Both the position numbers and the translations under genes were made by a program. Of a stretch of DNA of 63,757 nucleotides, positions 7,593-15,594 are shown piece after piece; the first letter of the stretch is position 1, and every line of letters starts with the position of its first letter. Where the stretch lies: the IMG/VR virus record IMGVR_UViG_3300019487_000007; one strand, written 5' to 3'. The notes beneath the pieces are model-generated. The model ran no database searches. It was not told the origin of the DNA and was given only the letters and a program-made list of their open reading frames with translations. This stretch comes from a virus.

Positions 7593-8299
7593 CACTTCCC
7601 CCTCTTCTCCAAATCCTTCTCTGTCTTTGCGTCCCACGATCCACAAGCGTTGCAGCGAACCTGAATCTGACGGCCCTTCGCTGCCGAGAACTTCCAGCCT
7701 CTCCTCTGAAGGGAGGTCGAACCGCAAGTGCGGCATCTCCCAACGTCGTGCGTCACTCTAGGATGCGTGAGGATGAAGGGGGCGAACTTCCTGTAGGCGG
7801 CCTCCGTGACTTGCACATCCACCTTACAGTGGTGGGCGATTCGTCGAAGCGCGGCCTTGTCACCGTAGAGCACCTTCTCGAAATCGGGGGCCGGGTTGTA
7901 CCACTTCCTGGGGACTCCAGGAAGATGTCGTGAGACGTTGTCTAGGGAGTTACGGGAGAACTTGAAGCGCTTCCGTACCTTGCCCCAGAGATCGAGGGTC
8001 GTAACGTCCTTTGGTGCAGGTAGGCCGTGGAGGATCGCCCTCGTCCGGAGGAACGGTTCGTCGTGGCCTCCAGAGTACCACCCCACTGCAATGTCCGCTC
8101 GGTTCCAGACATTCTCGATAAACCACCGCACCAGCTCACGGTCATCGAGGGGGTGCCTTCCCGAGATGTCGTGGATCGTCTTGACGTGGACTGTCTTTTC
8201 TCCAAGCCACTGCCAACCGATGCAGAGGATAGAGCCGTAGTCACCGACTAGGCCCCTCGACTCGATGTCCCAAAGAAGGACCTTCGCTTTGTCACTCAT
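7592..8299 (-). CDS. RNase H-fold 3'-5' exonuclease (DnaQ/PolB-exo-like) with C-terminal zinc ribbon
   Basis: LLWDIES (Exo I DxE), GWYSGGHDEPFL, HHCKVDV, and C-terminal CRTCG..CNACG. Confidence 0.75.
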   Translation of the reverse strand: MSDKAKVLLWDIESRGLVGDYGSILCIGWQWLGEKTVHVKTIHDISGRHPLDDRELVRWFIENVWNRADIAVGWYSGGHDEPFLRTRAILHGLPAPKDVTTLDLWGKVRKRFKFSRNSLDNVSRHLPGVPRKWYNPAPDFEKVLYGDKAALRRIAHHCKVDVQVTEAAYRKFAPFILTHPRVTHDVGRCRTCGSTSLQRRGWKFSAAKGRQIQVRCNACGSWDAKTEKDLEKRGK

Positions 8300-8484
8300 T
8301 CTTCACCTAACCCAAGGTAAGCCTCAAGCTCGTCAGCGGCACGGTTGTATTGATGAATTAGTGCCTTAAGATTGGGGTCGTCTGTAGAATCCTCTCCCAC
8401 ATAAAATCGAAAGAAGTAGTCAAAGCCCTCATCGCCGACTTTGAATTCCAGATCTTCATCAGCCATGTTACGGAAAAAACTCAT
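8296..8484 (-). CDS. hypothetical acidic protein (62 aa)
   Basis: ORF with an ATGA overlap to the exonuclease start. Confidence 0.5.
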   Translation of the reverse strand: MSFFRNMADEDLEFKVGDEGFDYFFRFYVGEDSTDDPNLKALIHQYNRAADELEAYLGLGEE

Positions 8485-8627
8485 TCTTCTTCCTCTTCAT
8501 TATAAGAGTCAAAAAGGGCAGCCTCTCTTTCCTCGATTCGAGAGCAGGTCCAACAGAGCCGGAGCACCTTCTCCCCTTCGTCAAACTCCATCTCTCTTCC
8601 GCAGATGAGGCAGTAAGTTTCTTTCAC
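8481..8627 (-). CDS. small zinc-ribbon protein (48 aa, not in ORF track)
   Basis: The GTG start shares a GTGA with the upstream stop, and its stop shares an ATGA with the downstream start. Sequence: KETYCLICGREMEFDEGEKVLRLCWTCS. Confidence 0.45.
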   Translation of the reverse strand: MKETYCLICGREMEFDEGEKVLRLCWTCSRIEEREAALFDSYNEEEEE

Positions 8628-9091
8628 TTCTTGGGATTCCTCAGCGGGACGCCTGAACGGAGAACCAACTCCAACCTCGCGAGGGCGTTCCAGGCGGTGG
8701 CGGCTGCGTGGTGAAGATCGAGGTAGTGATCGTAGGGACCCTCCGTCTCCTCTGCCAGGAGGTGCCTCACGAGGGCGTCGCCATAGCGGTTAACTCCGTC
8801 TGGGACGGCCTCCCATCCTTTCCAACTGTACTTCTCCGCTCCTTTGAGGGAAACGGTTGCAACGGCCTCTAGAGCACGGGGGAAGTATTGGAGGACTCCC
8901 CTCAAGAGGGGAGGCTTTCCTAGATCCATCTTCGCTCCAGGCTCTCTAGAGTCTTTTCCTAGGGGGTCCTCCTCTAAGGCCCTCTTCACTACCTCTCTCC
9001 CATGTAAGATAATCTCCTCTGAATATGGCTGTACCAACGAGTCGATCGCTTCTAGTGGATCTACCCTACTACGTCTTTTTTTGTATGTCAA
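8624..9091 (-). CDS. DUF5664 / dATP-dGTP diphosphohydrolase-N-domain-like protein
   Basis: GAEKYSWKGWEAVP..NRYGDALVRHLL..LHHAAATAWNALARLE matches my recollection of this widespread phage family. Confidence 0.55.
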   Translation of the reverse strand: MTYKKRRSRVDPLEAIDSLVQPYSEEIILHGREVVKRALEEDPLGKDSREPGAKMDLGKPPLLRGVLQYFPRALEAVATVSLKGAEKYSWKGWEAVPDGVNRYGDALVRHLLAEETEGPYDHYLDLHHAAATAWNALARLELVLRSGVPLRNPKK

Positions 9092-9108
9092 ACTTTTTCT
9101 TCGAGCCG

Positions 9109-9465
9109 TTACTCAAAGATGGAGAAGTGATTAGCGTCCTTGGAAGGGAAATCTCCACCCCAGGTAAGATGTGGGGAGAGGGACTTCCAGAACTCCCCTA
9201 AGCGGGCCCACGCTGGGTGGTCCCCGTTAGAGATGTACTTGCCGTCTATGTAGAGGAGGAGATCAACCGCGCGCCCGTCGTGGTGACGGGAGCCCTTCTT
9301 GTGGACGGCATCTTCCGCAAAGAACGTCTCTCCATTCTTCCTGACTCTCCTAGGGGAGAACACCCTCGCCTCGTCAAAGGCTAGATCGTAGCCTAGAGAG
9401 GAGGCCCACTCTATGAGAGTGGCAACCTGGAGGGTGAAGAAGATTCTCTGCTCTTTGAGGCTCAC
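9109..9465 (-). CDS. Peptidase M15 (LAS-type, VanY / L-Ala-D-Glu peptidase-like) endolysin candidate
   Basis: Zinc-ligand pattern SRHHDGRAVDL (H-x6-D) plus DANHF. Confidence 0.8.
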   Translation of the reverse strand: MSLKEQRIFFTLQVATLIEWASSLGYDLAFDEARVFSPRRVRKNGETFFAEDAVHKKGSRHHDGRAVDLLLYIDGKYISNGDHPAWARLGEFWKSLSPHLTWGGDFPSKDANHFSIFE

Positions 9466-9546
9466 TCCTCCTTATCCTTCCCGTTCTGCTTCGCCTTCTT
9501 GGCCGCAGCCTGAATTAGCGCCGCCACTCGGAGGGCCGATTCCATG
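9462..9546 (-). CDS. possible mini-ORF (27 aa from ATG; could start upstream)
   Basis: MESALRVAALIQAAAKKAKQNGKDKEE. Its stop shares a GTGA with the M15 peptidase start, and its last codons provide the AAGGAGGAG Shine-Dalgarno. Confidence 0.3.
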
Positions 9547-9579
9547 TAGGCGGCCTCCACCTTTAGGAACTCGTCTTCC

Positions 9580-9780
9580 CTAGCTGGAAGAAGTGGAATG
9601 CTTTTCAAGGAGATCCTCCAACGCTTTCGCGACTAGGGTGTTCTGTTTAGTTGTCTCGGTCAAGAGGGAGAGGATTCTCTCTTCTAGCTTCTGCCTGTCC
9701 CTCCACAGGTAGACGATCGCTACGATGTATATGCCCGTCGGGCCGAGAGCTTTTACGTACTCTAGGGCTAGTTGGTCCAT
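9580..9780 (-). CDS. small membrane protein, holin candidate
   Basis: One hydrophobic span (GPTGIYIVAIVYLW) followed by a charged helical tail. Lies just upstream of the endolysin. Confidence 0.4.
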   Translation of the reverse strand: MDQLALEYVKALGPTGIYIVAIVYLWRDRQKLEERILSLLTETTKQNTLVAKALEDLLEKHSTSSS

Positions 9781-10042
9781 TCTTTTTGGCTCTCTTTATG
9801 ATCTTTAGGTCGATAATGCAGGACAGTGGGTAGATGCAGTAACCGGATTGGGAGTGATCCTCTTCTAGAGTGGTCGTTGTAACGAGGGCGTCGACTCCCC
9901 TGGAGGGACGTGTCTCCCAAAACAGTCCGAAAGAAACTCGTCGCGCCAGGTCACCCTTGTCCGGGTTTCCGACGACGTCCTCGAAGATATCGACCCAAGT
10001 GATCTCAAGGAGATCACCTCGCCTCAGCGGAGGTAGTTCCAC
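9647..10042 (-). CDS. hypothetical protein (131 aa)
   Basis: The first ~85 codons look protein-like. The last ~45 overlap the holin candidate and read as R/S/P-rich. Confidence 0.45.
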   Translation of the reverse strand: MELPPLRRGDLLEITWVDIFEDVVGNPDKGDLARRVSFGLFWETRPSRGVDALVTTTTLEEDHSQSGYCIYPLSCIIDLKIIKRAKKNGPTSPRVRKSSRPDGHIHRSDRLPVEGQAEARRENPLPLDRDN

Positions 10043-10307
10043 TTGCCTTACCCTTCTCCTCGGATCCTACGTAGGGGACCACCCCAAAGATATTGCAGAA
10101 CGTTGCGTCGGTCGAGAACCGGACACAATTGCCCTCTATACGATAGCTGAGAGCTTTCACGAAGTGTGGGCATACTGGCCCACCCACATCGAGGTAACAA
10201 ACGACCCACCACTTCGGGCGGGCCTGGAAGTGTGCGAGTCCGGCCAGCATGGCGAAGGTAAGCACTACGGCCACTGTCCAACAAGCAGCTCTCCAGCTCA
10301 GCTTCAC
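10014..10307 (-). CDS. membrane-anchored / exported Cys-containing protein (97 aa)
   Basis: N-terminal hydrophobic segment AACWTVAVVLTFAMLAGLA. ATGA overlap with the lipoprotein stop. Confidence 0.5.
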   Translation of the reverse strand: MKLSWRAACWTVAVVLTFAMLAGLAHFQARPKWWVVCYLDVGGPVCPHFVKALSYRIEGNCVRFSTDATFCNIFGVVPYVGSEEKGKASGTTSAEAR

Positions 10308-11293
10308 GGCTCAAGCCAATCGGAGCAGACACTCCCGACGCAGGCCCGCACTCTTCCACCCGAAGGCTTGAAGAGCCACGGGTTGGTGACGTTCACTCTT
10401 CCATTCCCTTCCCACCGCACGGGGAGTGCCTTGTCGCACTCTTCCCTTCCAGGTCCCTCAGGACCACAAGTCGGGACGAAGGCACGGTCAGGTGGGAAGT
10501 TGGGGTCGGGAGGGAAGTTCCTGTGAAGGGCCACACCGTCGAGCCACTCCCCAAACTTCTTTATCCGGATCGAGTCGACGGTGGTGGGATAGGGGCGAAG
10601 GGGGAGGACCTCCGAAAGAGTAGCGGGGAAGCAACGAGAGCGAAAAGTTTTGGGGCCGGTTCTGGGATCCCCGTTTGAGAGAAGGCGATCGTAATTCTCA
10701 GAGGTTCGTCCGTCTTTCGAGACGGCCAGTTCCTCCCCGTAGAGGGCTACATCAAGGCCGCGCTCCCAAAAGAAGGGGGCGAGGCGTGAATACCAAGTGG
10801 CTTCGGTGTCCCCCGGAAGCGGCGGGTGGGCGGCCGTTACGGCCTCCACATCAAAGATAAACTGTGGCGCGGGCGCGGCGGTGGGAGGAATGCCCAGATT
10901 GGGGTTACCCTCTACCTGAGCGAGGAGGCAGACGTCAGAAGCGTCAGTCAGCTTCCACTGAATGTTAGGCCGACCCGGGAGGGGAGAGGGCTCGGGGGTC
11001 GGCTCGGGCGTCGGAGGCGGTGAAGGCTCCGGAGAGGGTTCCGGGGTGGGTTCTGGAGAGGGTTCCGGCGTTGGCCCCGGGAGGGGCTCGGGAGTGGGCC
11101 CCGGTAGGGGCGCACACGCCTTGGATTCCCTCTCCCGCGCATCTGCGCAGTCTCCGGAGTTCGGATCCTTTTGGCAAGCTAGGATTCTCTCTACCGTAGC
11201 ACGCTGACACGGCGTGAGCCCCTGATCTGGGATCTCCATACCTCCGCAGCTAAGGAGGGGTAGGAGGAGCAAAGAGAAAAATCTACTCTTCAC
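10304..11293 (-). CDS. Lipoprotein with Pro/Thr/Glu/Ser-rich linker (about 329 aa)
   Basis: The GTG at 11293 gives the signal VKSRFFSLLLLPLLS|C (lipobox), followed by a 48-aa PEPTPEPS-type linker and a Cys-containing C-terminal domain. Confidence 0.65.
   Translation of the reverse strand: MKSRFFSLLLLPLLSCGGMEIPDQGLTPCQRATVERILACQKDPNSGDCADARERESKACAPLPGPTPEPLPGPTPEPSPEPTPEPSPEPSPPPTPEPTPEPSPLPGRPNIQWKLTDASDVCLLAQVEGNPNLGIPPTAAPAPQFIFDVEAVTAAHPPLPGDTEATWYSRLAPFFWERGLDVALYGEELAVSKDGRTSENYDRLLSNGDPRTGPKTFRSRCFPATLSEVLPLRPYPTTVDSIRIKKFGEWLDGVALHRNFPPDPNFPPDRAFVPTCGPEGPGREECDKALPVRWEGNGRVNVTNPWLFKPSGGRVRACVGSVCSDWLEP
10967..11110 (-). repeat. In-frame degenerate tandem repeats encoding PLPGPTPEP / SPEPTPEP units
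   Basis: Translation: PLPGPTPEPLPGPTPEPSPEPTPEPSPEPSPPPTPEPTPEPSPLPGRP. The DNA shows reiterated ggttccgg/ggctcggg units. Confidence 0.8.
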
Positions 11294-11447
11294 GGGGTGG
11301 CCTCGTGTTGACGAAGGAGACCCCAAGTACCCTAGCTTCTTGATCCGGGTCGGGCCCCCGAAGGTCAGAGTTTCTTGCCAACCAACCCGCGTCGGTGGCG
11401 TCCTCCGGCTCGGGGGGAAAGTCTTTCTGCTTCTTCTTCATGGTCAT
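11283..11447 (-). CDS. possible small ORF (54 aa)
   Basis: MTMKKKQKDFPPEPEDATDAGW... The stop overlaps the lipoprotein GTG start region. Weak support. Confidence 0.25.
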   Translation of the reverse strand: MTMKKKQKDFPPEPEDATDAGWLARNSDLRGPDPDQEARVLGVSFVNTRPPREE

Positions 11448-11449
11448 CA

Positions 11450-11477
11450 GGTTAACACACTTTCTCTAGAAAGTCAA
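11450..11477 (-). promoter_or_regulatory. Possible internal promoter overlapped by a perfect 7-2-7 palindrome
   Basis: Minus strand reads TTGACT-16 nt-TTAACC. The palindrome ACTTTCT-CT-AGAAAGT (11459-11474) fills the spacer. The -10 hexamer is weak. Confidence 0.3.
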
Positions 11478-11481
11478 TAAG

Positions 11482-11679
11482 CTAAGTGGTTGACTCCAAA
11501 CGCTTTACGAGGCCATTCACCTTTGAAAGCGCTTTGAGGAAGCCTCTCCACTCCGTCTTTCCCACCATCTGTCGGGCATCCCACTCGTTGACGGAATCAA
11601 CGAGGGAAAGAACGGCCGCTTCGAGGGAAGCGAGATCACGATCTCTAGAGTTGCCCATTACATCTCCAATGTTCTTCAT
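11482..11679 (-). CDS. hypothetical protein (65 aa)
   Basis: ORF with no motif. Confidence 0.5.
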   Translation of the reverse strand: MKNIGDVMGNSRDRDLASLEAAVLSLVDSVNEWDARQMVGKTEWRGFLKALSKVNGLVKRLESTT

Positions 11680-11681
11680 TC

Positions 11682-11712
11682 AAAAACGGAGGGGGGAGGC
11701 TAACCTCCCCCC
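11682..11712 (-). terminator. Intrinsic terminator between the SSB-like gene and the next gene
   Basis: Minus strand: GGGGGGAGG-TTAG-CCTCCCCCC (9-bp stem) followed by TCCGTTTTTG. Confidence 0.65.
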
Positions 11713-11733
11713 ATCCCTCCTTCTCTGTTTCTC

Positions 11734-12339
11734 TTACTGCGTGATGTTGGTGAAGCCCGAGACGCGGTGACGTGCCTGGAACTTCTTCCCAGCCACCTCA
11801 ACCTCGGGGACGTACACCGGCTCGTCCTTGGTGCCGACGTTGAAGTCGCGGGTCTTCAAGGTCTCCTTGGGATAGGTCCCATCCGCCTGCCGCTCCGTGC
11901 GCTCGGTCCACTTCACGTAGACCCCGACCGGGATGTCCTGCGACTGGATCATCAGGTCGATAAGCTCACTACCAGAGAGGCCCTTCACCTCAAAGCCGGC
12001 CTTCTTCAGGTATTCCGCCACCGTGGAAGTCTTGCCGGGTCGCGGGTTCCCCTGAGCGTCCTTCGACTGGAAGAGTCGAGTGGAAACCCAGGTGCGGTCA
12101 CCCTTCCCGCCGACAAAGACGCCGTCGCGCAAGAAGCCCGAATCGAAGGTGATCTCGAAGGTGATGGAACCGTCAGGGTTCGACTTCCCCTTGATCACCC
12201 GCGAGGGGCTCATGTACTCGCCGGGTTGGAGCAGGATGAACGCAGAGAAGTCAGCCGTCTCCACACCCTCAGGCACCGCCTCAGCCGTGTGGACCAGGTC
12301 CGTCAGGTCAGAGTAGGTGCTACCATTTCCGTCAGTCAT
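11734..12339 (-). CDS. putative ssDNA-binding protein (DUF669 / gp2.5-like)
   Basis: Lies immediately downstream of the Sak4-like ATPase, the usual partner arrangement. LLQPGEYMSPSRVIKGKS..ITFEITF resembles the DUF669 N-terminus. No strict motif. Confidence 0.45.
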   Translation of the reverse strand: MTDGNGSTYSDLTDLVHTAEAVPEGVETADFSAFILLQPGEYMSPSRVIKGKSNPDGSITFEITFDSGFLRDGVFVGGKGDRTWVSTRLFQSKDAQGNPRPGKTSTVAEYLKKAGFEVKGLSGSELIDLMIQSQDIPVGVYVKWTERTERQADGTYPKETLKTRDFNVGTKDEPVYVPEVEVAGKKFQARHRVSGFTNITQ

Positions 12340-13503
12340 TTAGTTTTGTTTCTCCTTTAATCCCCCGTCAAGGGTGGGGGCTAACCCATTTTTCAGAAGT
12401 TTATCCTTCGCCGCGGCCTTGGCCTTCTTCAGCTCCTCAAAGAAGACCTCCATGTCGGATTCAATGACTAGAGGCATTCCCCCACCGTGGGGGGCAGACG
12501 TCTTCGCGACCCACCGCTTTCCTGGAGCGTCGATAGGATAGTGGGGGGCAAGGAACATCTTCCTCTCTAGGATCTCCGTCCCATCAGGATTCGTGAGCCT
12601 CTTCCCTCCCTGGACTTTTGTCACGGCGTCGAGATGAATCACGGAGGTGAACTTGGGAATACAGAGGGAGGTGAGTTTCTTCCCAGGTCCCGCTGGACCG
12701 TAGAGGGTGTCGCCCATCTCGTCCGACTTAAGCTCAAGGGCCGTCCATAAAATCGTCTCGACCGGAATCCTTCGACAGTTCGAGAAGAACGTCATGAGTT
12801 GGTTCTGTGCTAGGAGGTAATGCTGCATCCCGACTTGAACGACGGTCGCATCTCCATCCTTCACCACGGCCGCGGCCGACGACTTGTCGATGTCGCGAAA
12901 GCGATTCAGGAGGAGATCTCCGAAGGCAGTCATCCCCTCGAAGACGATCAGACCCACCTCTTCGATTCCGTGAAGAAGTTCCTGTTCCACCTTCAAGATC
13001 GTTCCGGGAGGAAAGGGCTTCTTGCACGCTGCACACGCCCCAATCATCGTGAGACCCTTCGCCCCGGAGTCTTTCTCGCAGAAGACGCAAGGGCGCCATT
13101 CTCTGGTGGGGAGGAGGATGGGAGAGTTGGGTGTCTGCGGATTGGAGGGCCATCCGCCAAGGGAGGCAAGCTGGAGGGCAGCGAACGTGCCCTCCCACTG
13201 ATCTACGTTCCAAATCTCCGCAATACCCGCGTCAACAAGATTCTCGAACGCGCTCGACGTCCCACCACCGTCTGCGTTGACCACTCTCGTCTTCTTGCCA
13301 GAAGTCTTAAACGTATACTCCGCCGCCTCCGCGGCCCGGGACGATTTCCCAATGCCTCCCGCTCCGTAAATAAGTAAGACGTCCTTTGGATTGATCAAAA
13401 GTTCTCCTTCTCTAGGATCCTCGTCAGGGCGTGAAAAGCAACCGATCGAGGATTTGAATTCTACGTCTAAACTGCTTTCCGTGTCAAGAGAAAAATGTGA
13501 CAC
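12340..13503 (-). CDS. Sak4-like / AAA_24 RecA-fold ATPase (recombination) with zinc-finger insert
   Basis: Walker A LLIYGAGGIGKSS, VVNADGGG, and a CVFC-x14-CAAC insert. GTG start. Confidence 0.65.
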   Translation of the reverse strand: MSHFSLDTESSLDVEFKSSIGCFSRPDEDPREGELLINPKDVLLIYGAGGIGKSSRAAEAAEYTFKTSGKKTRVVNADGGGTSSAFENLVDAGIAEIWNVDQWEGTFAALQLASLGGWPSNPQTPNSPILLPTREWRPCVFCEKDSGAKGLTMIGACAACKKPFPPGTILKVEQELLHGIEEVGLIVFEGMTAFGDLLLNRFRDIDKSSAAAVVKDGDATVVQVGMQHYLLAQNQLMTFFSNCRRIPVETILWTALELKSDEMGDTLYGPAGPGKKLTSLCIPKFTSVIHLDAVTKVQGGKRLTNPDGTEILERKMFLAPHYPIDAPGKRWVAKTSAPHGGGMPLVIESDMEVFFEELKKAKAAAKDKLLKNGLAPTLDGGLKEKQN

Positions 13504-13661
13504 GGTGAAGAAAACGCTAGAGCGTTCTTCTCCTTGAACTTACGTCGGGCGCATTGCGCGCCCTCGTCCATTGGTTACGCGGGCCGGCACTGTCGAGGGT
13601 AGGCTTATCTCCTCTTAGGCTCCCTGATCCATTTGTCCCACCACTCGGGTCCGACATCGTC

Positions 13662-13874
13662 CTAACTTAACCTGAAGTCCCACTGTAGAAGGGAAAGCCG
13701 TTGGGAGTACAGTCTTAGACGGTCAGTCCTCAAATACGTACCACAGTTACGACACCACAGTACGTAATGAGTGGTTTCCAGACGGTCTTTCCACATTTTA
13801 TGGAGAGGATGTGTGCAGAACTTCCCGCGTAGCCAGTACAACGCCTCAGGGATCATTTGGCTAAGCTCTCTCAT
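13662..13874 (-). CDS. hypothetical protein (70 aa), Cys/His-containing
   Basis: ORF with FCTHPLH..WCRNCG. Confidence 0.45.
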   Translation of the reverse strand: MRELSQMIPEALYWLRGKFCTHPLHKMWKDRLETTHYVLWCRNCGTYLRTDRLRLYSQRLSLLQWDFRLS

Positions 13875-14068
13875 TATATCCCATCCCCATCCAAACGGTA
13901 AGGCTGGTTATTTTCAAGGATGCACTCACGAAGTGTAACGGGTCCTTTCTCATGCATCGACGGCGCCCAAGCCTCTACACGAGACAGGATGGCCCGCACC
14001 TCGTCTTCACTGCTTGCTCGCACCCTCACTATCGCTCCGAGCTTGACGATAAATGAATATTCATGCAT
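13874..14068 (-). CDS. hypothetical protein (64 aa)
   Basis: ORF with a 1-nt stop/start overlap to the downstream gene. Confidence 0.5.
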   Translation of the reverse strand: MHEYSFIVKLGAIVRVRASSEDEVRAILSRVEAWAPSMHEKGPVTLRECILENNQPYRLDGDGI

Positions 14069-14096
14069 TAGCTACTCTCTCTCCCCTCGCATTCCG

Positions 14097-14303
14097 TCAG
14101 TACAACTCGTCCTCTAGAACCTCCACCAGCTCGTCCTCAATCATCTCACTAAACCTCCCTATTGTCGCTGACCTGCAAAGGTCTTCTTGCACTTCTCGCA
14201 AACCCAGACTTCCCTCAGAATGGGGAACGAGGAACCATTCGACAACTTCGCCCTTCCCTCGGGTATATACACCGGAACTCGGGGATAGCGGTGAGGAGGA
14301 CAC
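14097..14303 (-). CDS. hypothetical protein (68 aa)
   Basis: ORF that contains one copy of the 13/14-nt GGGTATATACACC motif at 14261-14273. Confidence 0.45.
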   Translation of the reverse strand: MSSSPLSPSSGVYTRGKGEVVEWFLVPHSEGSLGLREVQEDLCRSATIGRFSEMIEDELVEVLEDELY

Positions 14304-14537
14304 TTATAGGTAATCATCATTGTCGCTGACCTGTCCTTGATAATTCTTAAGGTCGTGGTGAGTGAACTTAAGGCCGCTCAGAGCGCGGTTCCGGTCCTCC
14401 AAGAAGGTGTCCCTCTCCTCCTTCAAGAGGAGGAGCAACTTCTTTAAATTCTCCGGGTCGATGTCGGGGCGGCCCAAGTCGGCAGCCACGGCACGAAACT
14501 CCTTCCACTCCCTCAGTCGTTCTTTAAGACTTGCCAT
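14304..14537 (-). CDS. hypothetical protein (77 aa)
   Basis: ORF with a helical, charged sequence. Confidence 0.5.
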   Translation of the reverse strand: MASLKERLREWKEFRAVAADLGRPDIDPENLKKLLLLLKEERDTFLEDRNRALSGLKFTHHDLKNYQGQVSDNDDYL

Positions 14538-15594
14538 CTTCCCCTCCTTCTCCCTTTATCCTATGATGGTCTACCCTCTCTACCAAAAGGCCCAACTCCA
14601 CCATCTGCTCGATCGTCAATTCGAGATGACAGACCTTGCTGAACGGACAACGTGAGCAACGGAAGTGTCCCCAATTTTGGGTGAAGAACGCGAGCCGATC
14701 CTCCTCTGAAACGTCTTCCTTCAACATCCTCTGGATGTCCATAACCCTTCGGACGATCTGCTTTATCCACCCTCTCACTACTTCATCGTTCTTAAGGATG
14801 GGAGGAGTTCTGGCAAACTGATCGTTTACTACTTCGGCGGGTAGAAAGTTGACCCACCCCTCAATGCCGCCGGGGAAAGCGTTGGCCGGGAAGAAGCGCT
14901 TCCAACCTTTCGCGGACGTGTACTTCCACGCGAAAGAGCCATCCTCGTGAATGTAGCCGCAAACGAGGGGGGAGGTGTAGGAACCCTTGAAGGTAGCAGC
15001 GGTGGACTTCCCCCCCTTGAAAAGGCCCTCAACGATGCAGCCCTCCACCCTCTCTCCTAAGTGGTCCTCTGTCGCGAGAGCCTCGGTCCACATCTGGACC
15101 TCGTGATACCACTTCAGGGCAAAGTCGGTTTTGTCGGAGGCGGTCTTCCAGTTCCAGACGAAGGGGCGGCCCGTCGCCTTCTCCCGCACAATCAGGTCCG
15201 CGCGGGCAGCAAGCGTCACTCCTGGAGCGAGGATGCTACGTGTCTCCAACTCCACTGCCAGGACGTCGTATTCCGAGTGAAAAGAGTCCCAACGTACCCT
15301 CTTCCATCCCGTCAACAGGGCGATGGCGAGGGAGAGGTGTTCTTTCCACTCTGCCGTGATGGTAGTGCCCTTTAACTGCTGAATGAACTCCCTTTCCGCT
15401 GAAGCAATCGCTTCAGGAAGGTGGCCCCCGTTCTTGAAGAGGGTCTCTAGACCTTTATGGACGGTGAGGCCGATCACCAAGTCGGGGCCTGCCGGTCCAT
15501 CGAAGCCGCCCCTATAGAGTAAACCGTAGTACCCCCGCCTGGGGCACGAGATCATTGTCTCTAAGCCACTCCTGGAGACGACATTAAAAAGCAT
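14524..15594 (-). CDS. PD-(D/E)XK nuclease, Cas4/RecB-like, with four-Cys cluster
   Basis: N-terminal ISCPRR. ARADLIVRE..FVWNWKT (D..E.K). C-terminal CSRCPFSKVC. Confidence 0.7.
   Translation of the reverse strand: MLFNVVSRSGLETMISCPRRGYYGLLYRGGFDGPAGPDLVIGLTVHKGLETLFKNGGHLPEAIASAEREFIQQLKGTTITAEWKEHLSLAIALLTGWKRVRWDSFHSEYDVLAVELETRSILAPGVTLAARADLIVREKATGRPFVWNWKTASDKTDFALKWYHEVQMWTEALATEDHLGERVEGCIVEGLFKGGKSTAATFKGSYTSPLVCGYIHEDGSFAWKYTSAKGWKRFFPANAFPGGIEGWVNFLPAEVVNDQFARTPPILKNDEVVRGWIKQIVRRVMDIQRMLKEDVSEEDRLAFFTQNWGHFRCSRCPFSKVCHLELTIEQMVELGLLVERVDHHRIKGEGGEDGKS

Noticed and set aside
10967-11110. Short reiterated units that could be mistaken for a CRISPR-like or satellite array (also 21830-21975).
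   Set aside because: Both tracts are in frame inside long ORFs (a P/T/E/S linker and an Ala-repeat). The units are 9-24 nt, degenerate and contiguous, without spacers, and there are no cas genes.
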